This document shows, piece by piece, positions 9,622 to 18,800 of a stretch of DNA of 64,000 bases. Position 1 is the first letter of the stretch; each line of letters begins with the position of its first letter. The notes beneath the pieces are model-generated. The model ran no database searches. It was not told where the DNA came from and worked only from the letters and a program-made list of their open reading frames with translations. The translations under genes and the position numbers were made by a program. The stretch is from a virus, in IMG/VR virus record IMGVR_UViG_3300006919_000045, positions 1-64,000 of that record. One strand, given 5' to 3'.

Positions 9622-11871
9622 TTAGAATTGGCTTGCTAAGCCAGGCGCACCTGGCGCAGCAGGTGAATCAGAAACATATGCTTCTAAATAGTATGGGCCG
9701 CTCAGATACTCTTTGTCCCTGTTCCAAGCGGACCCTTTCATACTCGTAGATGCTGTATCCACGTGTAATTCTTTCATAAATTTGTTTAGATTCTGAACAT
9801 TTATATCTATATCAGTATCTAAACGGTTAACTAATCCTTTTCGCACTGTTAGTGCTGCTATAGTGCTGTTTTCTAATAAACCGTCTTTTATTCCTTTAGC
9901 AAGAATAATTGATTGACTTGCTTCAGCACTGTTTGTAATATCGTTTCTAGCAAAGAATTTTCGTATTCTTTCTATAAAACTAACATCTACAACTAAATTT
10001 TTGTTTGAGTGAGCAGTAGAACTTTCTTCTGTTTGTGCATTATCGAAAGTAATACCTTCACTTAAAACTCTATGCAATTCTTCATAATTTTTTGTGCTAA
10101 CAGAGTTTTTCAGGTCTGCAAAAGTTTTTTTCCGTACAGTAGATTTTGTGTCTATAAACTGAAATAATTTTCTTCCAAATTTATAGAAATGTATTTCACT
10201 AATTGCTTTTATTGTATCCCTTAAAAGCTCGTCCGGAACTCTACTTTTAGATACTATAAGCTCATTTAGTTGACTTTCAGATTCTAATACTTTACTAAAC
10301 AAATTTCGGTTAAATACTTCTGAAGCTATAAAGTCTTTTGGATCTGCAATTCTTCTTAAATCTATATCAAAAGAAGTTTCTACTATATTTTTAAAAATTT
10401 CTTGTGACTTACCTACATAAATTGCTTCATTAGATACATTTGCTTTAGTAGTAAGATTCCTTTTTGGACTAAAACTAAGTAAATTTTTAAGTAATACCTC
10501 ATCAATTTCGGGTAAAATTACTTTTAACTGGGTAAACATATTTGTTTTTAATGTTTGTTCAAATATATCTGCCTTTGCAGCTATAGTTTCATCTAAAATA
10601 CCTACTTTATTTGATTTTATTAAAGAAACTATAAAGTCTCTAAAACTTTCTAAAACAACGTCTTCTTTAAGATTTTTATCTAATTTTTTACGTTGCTCTA
10701 AATTAAGCTGTATTAGTTCTTCTGCTATTCTTGCTCGAGCTACTAAATCTGTATCTGTTATTAATACTTTATAAAAGTTAAAGCCTTTAAAAGTCTTAAA
10801 GAATCTATCCATCGAAGTTTCAGCTAGATTACTATTGTGGACTCCTTTAAATACATCTCGCCCATCAAAATCTTCTATGCCTATTGACTCTTCTGCTACC
10901 CTTGCTTTAGGAGTTAGTGCTGATTCTTTTGTAAATAATCTTTCATTAAAGCCTTTGCCAATTAAAAAAGCAGGATCAAACTCTTCTACGAATGCCTCAT
11001 CTAGCTTTCCTAATCCTCGAAAGAATCTAATATCTGTTGCATTTGCTTTAACTTTATCTCGTTCAATTCTAGCTCTTGCAGGAATTACTAATTGTCTTGT
11101 ATGTATTCTTTCTCTAAACGCTTTTGTTCTATTAAGTATTTCTACAAATATTTCTGTTTGTGCAGAACTTAATGTTCCGCCCTTCCCGGGCTTTTGAGTA
11201 TTACTATCCTGTAAAGTTAGTGTATCTCGTATTAAATTGTGCTTTCCGCTAAATAAATTAGTATTATTTACATGTACAAGCTGTTTAAACTCGCGTCTTA
11301 CTTGTAAAAAGGTTTCTATTTCTTCTATTACTTCTACATCAAAATCAAAAGATCGTCGAGTAAATAATTGTAATAAAGTTTTTATACTTGCAGCATTTAA
11401 AAACTCTTTATCTAAAGTTAAATCTTGGAGTACATCAGCTACAGATACATTCTGAAAATTTAGTACTTGTTTTGCGTAAAGAGTTTCTGCTTCTGCATTT
11501 ATAAGTATTCGGTCTCGCATTCCTTGGAAACCGCGTTTTAATTCTGTTACTACTTCATCAATAGTAGTTAATAATTCTACCGGATTTTCTTTTGAGATCC
11601 TAAGTATTTGTGAAAGGTCTATTACATCTAATTCTTCTGTAGGTATAATCTCTTGACGAGTCACAAACATATCCAAACGTAAATCTAAAAAATTTGGAGT
11701 ATCTGAATCAAACGAAAAAAGTACTGGCTGATCTGGACTTAAAACATCTTGTACCAAAGGCTCAGCATTTCTTTCTGCAGAATTTAGTCTAGGAGCATTA
11801 TCTATTGCTTCTGCTATTTCTGGGTCTGATAATAATTTTGCAATTGAAAATTTTAATTTAAAATCAGACAT
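9622..11871 (-). CDS. Putative virion structural protein, degenerate repeats
   Basis: 749-aa ORF with SD in the tail operon; C-terminal EY...YYLEAYV motif; precedes the collar-type gene. Confidence 0.55.
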   Translation of the reverse strand: MSDFKLKFSIAKLLSDPEIAEAIDNAPRLNSAERNAEPLVQDVLSPDQPVLFSFDSDTPNFLDLRLDMFVTRQEIIPTEELDVIDLSQILRISKENPVELLTTIDEVVTELKRGFQGMRDRILINAEAETLYAKQVLNFQNVSVADVLQDLTLDKEFLNAASIKTLLQLFTRRSFDFDVEVIEEIETFLQVRREFKQLVHVNNTNLFSGKHNLIRDTLTLQDSNTQKPGKGGTLSSAQTEIFVEILNRTKAFRERIHTRQLVIPARARIERDKVKANATDIRFFRGLGKLDEAFVEEFDPAFLIGKGFNERLFTKESALTPKARVAEESIGIEDFDGRDVFKGVHNSNLAETSMDRFFKTFKGFNFYKVLITDTDLVARARIAEELIQLNLEQRKKLDKNLKEDVVLESFRDFIVSLIKSNKVGILDETIAAKADIFEQTLKTNMFTQLKVILPEIDEVLLKNLLSFSPKRNLTTKANVSNEAIYVGKSQEIFKNIVETSFDIDLRRIADPKDFIASEVFNRNLFSKVLESESQLNELIVSKSRVPDELLRDTIKAISEIHFYKFGRKLFQFIDTKSTVRKKTFADLKNSVSTKNYEELHRVLSEGITFDNAQTEESSTAHSNKNLVVDVSFIERIRKFFARNDITNSAEASQSIILAKGIKDGLLENSTIAALTVRKGLVNRLDTDIDINVQNLNKFMKELHVDTASTSMKGSAWNRDKEYLSGPYYLEAYVSDSPAAPGAPGLASQF

Positions 11872-11875
11872 TTAT

Positions 11876-12052
11876 TTAAGTTGTGCCTACCACCGTTACT
11901 GTTGCAAGTAGAGGAGTGTCTGAGGACTTTTTAAAAAATACTGGGACACTAATACTACTAGTATTAAGGATAGGGCCGTTTGTATAATATTTGCCACGTT
12001 CAGGAACATTAAATAGCTTAACAGGCTCTCTATATACTAAACTTTTTTTCAT
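11876..12052 (-). CDS. Small hypothetical protein (58 aa, MKKSLVYREP...)
   Basis: Hand-translated ORF that fills the gap between its neighbours almost exactly. Confidence 0.6.
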   Translation of the reverse strand: MKKSLVYREPVKLFNVPERGKYYTNGPILNTSSISVPVFFKKSSDTPLLATVTVVGTT

Positions 12053-12053
12053 T

Positions 12054-12386
12054 TTAGAAATCTTCTCGAACTTTAAAGTCTATTAGCTCAAATACACTCA
12101 TAGTAGTATTATCTGTCAGAGTAAATGTAATTTCTCCCTCATAAAATCCCTCCACTGTATTATTATCAGTCAAGAAAGAAGACAAAGGAAATACTAATGT
12201 TCCTGTAGCAAGATTAGATGCAGCTGCATTAAGGGAAATCGTTGAGATTACTACTGTAGTTCCTTTTTTACGTATCTTTAAGATACAGTTACTCGTCCCT
12301 ACAAAAGCTCCTCCAGTATCTGAGCGAGTCACAGTTGCTCTAAGGTTTGGGCCTGTATCGCCTTTTACTACTTGAATTATATCCAT
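12054..12386 (-). CDS. BppU-like/collar Ig-fold protein (T5 p132 position)
   Basis: VKGDTGPNL...GFYEGEITF...FKVREDF pattern and synteny with T5. Confidence 0.7.
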   Translation of the reverse strand: MDIIQVVKGDTGPNLRATVTRSDTGGAFVGTSNCILKIRKKGTTVVISTISLNAAASNLATGTLVFPLSSFLTDNNTVEGFYEGEITFTLTDNTTMSVFELIDFKVREDF

Positions 12387-12434
12387 TGAGGTTTAACTTA
12401 CTCACGAGGAGGCTTTTATATTTAATTAAAAATG

Positions 12435-12463
12435 ATTATAACAATACAGACATAAAATGTCAA
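12435..12463 (-). promoter_or_regulatory. Sigma70-type promoter for the fibre operon
   Basis: TTGACA-17-TATAAT on the minus strand. Confidence 0.85.
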
Positions 12464-12485
12464 GATTTATTTTTGGGGGGTATGA

Positions 12486-12884
12486 TTACCAAGGTAAAAC
12501 TGCAGGTACAGTAGCAGTTCTTATTTCGGCTAACTCAGCTTCTACTATCATTTCTACATGGGCTTTAGGATCCGCATTTGGGAAATTGTCATATGCGTCT
12601 ATAGTAGGGTACCCCAAGTCGTCAAGTTCTATTGTCTGGTGTTCCTCGGCGTTAGAATCCGAATCCACGTTATGCGCCCATCCTAATACTATTTCTTCGG
12701 TTAAACTTTCATAAGGAATAAAATTTGCTGAAGTAGGATCGGGCTCAAAAGTTAGTACATAAGCAAAATCTGCTACCTGATCTACTCCATGTATAGTTTC
12801 TGCTTTAGAGCAGTAAATATGAGCACTATAAACTCCACCCTCAGAATCTTTTAGCATTCCTGTTACTTTCCAATTAAAAGACAT
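12486..12884 (-). CDS. Tail-associated hypothetical protein (possible fibre chaperone)
   Basis: FIPYESLTEEIVLGW...LPW motif; follows the tail tip gene. Confidence 0.6.
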   Translation of the reverse strand: MSFNWKVTGMLKDSEGGVYSAHIYCSKAETIHGVDQVADFAYVLTFEPDPTSANFIPYESLTEEIVLGWAHNVDSDSNAEEHQTIELDDLGYPTIDAYDNFPNADPKAHVEMIVEAELAEIRTATVPAVLPW

Positions 12885-12895
12885 ATTTTCTCTCC

Positions 12896-15800
12896 TTATA
12901 CTGAATAGCCAAAAGTTCCCCCTACAAAACGCACGGCTAATGAAATACTACTGCCGCCAGCTGCATTAGTGCTAGTATGAACACTATTAGTTGTATGATG
13001 TACAATAGTCGTTTTTGCAGTTAATTCAACTGGAGACGTATGAACTCTTTTTGGCAGTCTAAAGTTTATGGGCATTACACAAACTCCAGGCCCAGAAGCT
13101 TTATAAATACCTCCTATTCTGGCTCGCATAGAGACCTGTGCTATGCTAGGAGTGCCAGATAAACTAGTGTTATAGATACTAGGCCAATTTTCCCAAATCA
13201 TGTAACTAGGACTAAAAGTACCTTTAAGATTGGCTCTATTGTTTGAACTAAGACTATTATTACTATAAAAGTAGACTCGAGTACGCTCCGAACTATTACT
13301 GCCTAGAGCCCCTGTAGGATAATACTCCAAACCAACTATAGGAGAGTAGCCTCCTGTACCTCCATGTTTATAAAGTAAGCCCCCAATATTTAGTTCATCC
13401 ATTTTATCTCCATTTATCTCTAAATACTTAAGCGCGGAACCAGCGAAAGGGGACACTGGAGTATTTGAAACGAAAGTATAACCATTAAAGTTTTGTCTGT
13501 ACATAGTACCTGATGCTGCTCCCGATACTGTTCCTGATTTTAAGAAAATTTCAGTATATGCACGAATAATATATTGACTACTGCTTTCTAAAACTACGTG
13601 CATATTTCCAAAAAGCGATCTCGCAACATTTGCAGAAACTCCATTCAGAGTTACACCATTATCTTTAGGGGCTGGTACGGTAAAGTGAAAAATACTAGTA
13701 CTAGCTTGAGTAAAATTACCTGCAATACCTGCTTGTTGATCTCCAAAAGAAAGCGTATAAGTTTCAGTAACATCACCCGAGAAGTTTCCAGCTCGAATTG
13801 AACCTGCGCTTATATTTCCTCCATCAATTATTGTTTGAGTGACTCCGGAGGTACCATTTACTTCATTTGCTGTAAGTGGGTCAATAGTAACACTACCATC
13901 AGTTAATTGAGTTCCTGAGCTAAAAGTAACTACTCCAGTGAAATTAGTATGTTTAACAACAGTTGAGTAACTTACGCCTATTGAAGTAGCTCCTGAGGAA
14001 CTTTCTGTTCCATAATATCGAACAGTCCATACTGTTTCTAGTGCGGCTGCATTTGTTGTTTGAGGTGAATTTTGCCATACATTATCTAGAGGTGTTGTTC
14101 CAGTATTAATATCTGGAGGACTTACAGGAAAAGTAGCACTTACAATTCCTGTTGAAAAAGTATATGTATTACCATTAGGAGCGGATGGAGCGATGGCATG
14201 ATTAGGTCCTGTTTTTCTATAGTACAGGTATCCTTGAATAGTTCTTGGGCCCGAAGCCCCTTGCTCTTGTTCCAAAATAGGTACTGTTTCGGTATCTATA
14301 ACAACACTGTTTTTGATTAGCTCAAATTTAATTGAACTAGCAGAACCATAATTAGCAGACGAGGTAAGAGTCATATTACCATTACTGCTAGTGGCATGGG
14401 CGCTGGTCGCTGAATTTAGATACGCCTTTATAATTACTTCGTTTGCAGGCAAAGGTGACTGTGTTACAGTAGTTCCTGCTGTTTTAATTGTTGAAACATT
14501 TAGAGTAGTAAAATCAAAAGTTGCAGAACCAGTAGCGGGTATTGTCTTTTTGATTACTGAAGGAACTATATTCAAACTATATACGACTGCATCGTCTCCA
14601 TCTGTTTTCACTGCATATCGTGCCGCAGCCCCAAAAGTAACGGTTGGGGTGCCTCTAGGGGTGCCTGTAGCTAATCCTACAGCCACGTATATTTGGTCGC
14701 CATCGTTTACTAGACTTGGAGGATCCTTGTTCCAGCTAGCGTCATTAATAGTAAGAGTACTGGTTCTAAAGTTATATGTTGATGACGTAGGAGGAGTTGG
14801 TATATTGTTTCCAGTAATAACATTAGAGTAAACATAAACTTCTGCTACTGAATCACCATCAACTCTATAGGGAGTACTCCAGACAAAATTAGTTGCTCCT
14901 GAAGCTTTTGTACCTCTCGAAGCATATAAAGGGTCTCCTTGGTCTGCAGGAGGATTATCATACCATCCAATACTATTATTAGGACTAGCAGAGTTTGCAG
15001 GTGTGCCCGGTGGAGGGTTTGCTGCAGAGAATCTACCAAATATAATGTTTACAGACTCTCCCTCGGCTCCCGACGCTCCCGCATTAATTTTAGTTATAGT
15101 AAATGTTTTAGTTAAAGTAGTGCCTAGATAGCTAGCACTAATAGTAACTGTTGCTTCTGTTAGTGCTGCGGACATGGAAGTGATCTGAAGAATTTTTGTA
15201 GTACCATTCCAGCTAAATCCTAGTCCTGAATTACTTGCCACAGGAGTAGCAAAAGTCCAATTATTTGTTACATTTGTTGCACCTTCATAAATAGCAACAG
15301 CAGTGTTTGCACCAGGAAAATTACTATTAACAACATTTCCAAATCTATCTGCTGTAACACTGTGATTTTCATTTGTTAAATCCATTCGCGGAGTACCAGG
15401 GCCATCTGGACCTACAGCGCCGTCCTCTCGCCTAGCTACAATTACTGGAGGTGACCAAGCTGCATCTTGAGGAGAAAGACCATCTGTTGTAAAGACTCTT
15501 TCTACCATAAAGATTACATCTAGATTTTGAGTAAGATCTTGCTGTGTTGTTGACCATCCCGAAATACCATTTGTAGGATTTGCAAATGTTTGCTGAGCAG
15601 GATTTGTAATACCTGTTATAACATTGACATTATTTAATTTTTTAAATAGTTTTACTGTTTTTTGAGTTTGTGGCTGTTGAACGGCCACCAATGTAAGTGT
15701 TTCTTCTATTTTTGTGCCACCAGCCGCACCTTCCTGAATTTCAACCTTTATGTCTTTTACACCGGTAAAGATAGTTGATGGCACAGTTATATTAAAAGTT

Positions 15801-18800
15801 TTTTGAGAACCACTTGCAGGGGCAGTAAACGAGGGTTCTGCTGCCCCGTCAAATGTAAACTTAAACCTTGGATCTAAAAAGTTAAAAGCTGTTGCAGTAT
15901 ATGTAAAAGTACTTCCAGACAACAGATCCCCTGCAGCATCATAGTTTGCTGTTTGAGGCCCAAAAAAGTCTACACTATAAGATCTATTATCTAGAGCGGT
16001 AGCACTAACTCCAGGTTCATTTCTTCCGGGATGAAAACCTGAAAATTGTTTTACTCCGGCTGCTCCCTTATTAGAAGGCAGCCTATATCGAATCCAGTAA
16101 TAATATGTAAGATCAGGATCAAGATTTGCATCATCCGTCGTAGTATTTACAGAAGATGTTTTATGTGCTTTTTCTACATCATTTTCTGTGCCAAAAGTAG
16201 GAAAAGAAGTACTAAAACTAGAATTACTACTTCTCCAAACTTCTACTATGTGAGTTTCTTGACTAAAGTTAACTACATTATTCCAATTGAGACGTATTCC
16301 ATCAGTAGTTCCTACTGCAGTAAGTCCAGTTGGGGTAATAGGGTTAACCACGGGGAATCCTGGACCTTCTGGATAAATAGATTCTACTAGATCAGAAGGA
16401 AGAGCTTCAAGTACATAGGCATCGTCATTATGTTCAATAACTGTAAAATCTACTAATAAGTCGTCTCTGGGGCTCATTGATTGTATGCGAAAGAGTTTAC
16501 TTGCCCAGTTGAATCTTTCGTAAGTAATAGCTATAATATTACCCGGAAGCAGCACATAAGTTTCGGGAGAGCCGGTAAAAGTAGCAGTAAGGCCAGAACG
16601 AGATTCATCAAGCATTTGCTTGATGTTCATTCGATTGTTAAAGTAATTTGTAATTCCTGGGGCTTTATACTGCCCTTGACGAGAAATTCCTTTATCTTGT
16701 TTTTTGTAGTCTGAATTATAGTATGTTATATTTTTAGAGTTAAATCCATTTTGTGGATCAATATAGCCAGTAGTAACAGAATTATATGTTTTACTGAGTC
16801 CCTTATCAGTTATTTTTATATCACCAATAATTCTATCCGTAGTTATTTGTTCAAGAGAACTAATAGTAGTGGGCGCTTTAGTTTTTAAATCTAGCTCGTA
16901 TTTTCCATTGGAATATCGAAGAATTCCATTAAATTGGGTAAGCATCTGATTTACATTATCAAAGAGAGGAGCACTCGTATCAAGAGTTTGATTCAGTTGA
17001 TGGCGCGTAGCGTGTCGCTGAGTTCTTTCTTCCCAGCCTAAATATTTCCAGTATCTTACGTCACAAGAATCATACAAATCATAGCCAGAAGCAATTCTAC
17101 CATCCCCAACCAATTTTTTGACAATAGGATTTCCCGTACCTCCTGAGTGCACCTCAGTATCTAGATGCAGTTCCGTATCGCTATTTGTATTTGATGCGCC
17201 ACTTACTTTTGTAAGATAAACCACCCCTCCTGTGGCACCTCCGCCCGTATATCCAGCACTTATGGTAGCTTGAGGTAGCGGAGTGGTTGGCTGTGATATG
17301 GTTTTAGGATAAGGATCGTTGATGGTTCCGGGATCTACAATAAGGGCTTTTCCCTCTACTGTCCATACAATCTCTCCCCGGTGATACTTAGTGTAACTAT
17401 ACCACTTTCTTCCAAGTTTTCCAATTACATCTTTAAAAGTATACTGTTTATAACTTCTAGTTACTGTAGTTGTCGTATTTGTAGTTGGATTGTACTCTGC
17501 AACATCATATTGTATTGTATCGGATATTTCTTCAAGAGTACCTCTAAAAAATACTTTACTACTTGTTTCAGGGAATCTATACTCGTATACATCTCCCACA
17601 CTTATATGTGTAGGAGGTCGTATATGAGAACCAAGAACTGTTACGCGAGACTGCTGATCGCATGCTCGTGCAGTTTCTCGAAAAGACTCAATATTTAAAA
17701 GATCATCGGAGAGTCCTTTACCATATGTAGTGCTTCTTAAGTAGTCTAATAACTGTAACGCAGGGTTAATTGAAACTCTACGATCAGACTTATTGGGAAC
17801 ACCACTGCCTTCATAACTTTTTCCTCCATAGGAATATTTTGAGGATCCTCCATGGTCTGTAGTATTTAAATGTTCCGTAAGTACTAATAAGTTAGCATTT
17901 CTAAGTGCAATATTAAGGTTTGTGCCACTTACTGCAGTTTCAGTATCACTGGGGTATGCAAGCCCTACTGTTTTATCTTCGACATTGTCTTTCTTAAAGG
18001 TAATAGTAGTTCCATCTAGTGTATCTGCATGGGTAGTATCTATATCTGGAGCTGTTGAGTCTTGAACCAGAACTTGAAAAAACTGTAAAGTTGCAGTAAC
18101 ATTGGATGAATGTATTTTTGTATCTACATTTTCTTGCTGAACGGGGTTTGCAGGGTCAGTATTATCGATTTGCCCCGCTCCTGGAGCATCTGTATTTACA
18201 GCATCAAATAGTTCGTCTAGTTGAGTATTAAACCCATTAAGTATTATTTTATCAGTGCTTACGTCATAAGCAGCGGCAAGTCCTGGCCAGCCACTCACAG
18301 TTGTAAAAGGACTTACTTTTACAGTTGTTCCGTCTTGCAAAACTCCATTTACAACGGTACCACCTTTATGCTCTCGCTTTATCTGTAAGTCAATTGCTTG
18401 TGCAGCAGATGGCGTACCTTTTATTGCTTTTATAAGATTTCTTGCTAATGCGGGGGCAGCAGCTATATTTAGTGAAGGATCTCCAGAAAAATCGATTTCA
18501 TATACGTATGAGTCACCTGTTGGAAGAGAGTTCCCCACTGCAGCAAAATCAGCTTGTGTAAGCGGATTGCCGCTCCCCAAAGAGGCGGTGATTGCCGCTG
18601 CTTGAGCCGCCGTTATCCCGTCTTTAAAAAGCGTAACTAAAGCTTCTGGAACATTTGTACCAAAAACATTTACCATGGCGCCCGTATCAATTCCAAATTC
18701 ATTTGAAAACAGAGTATGGTCTATCTGTTTTCCACGAGTAACTGTTCGTTTTATAGAAATAGGAAAAGGTGCAAGAGGGTTGGGATCTTGCTGATGAATA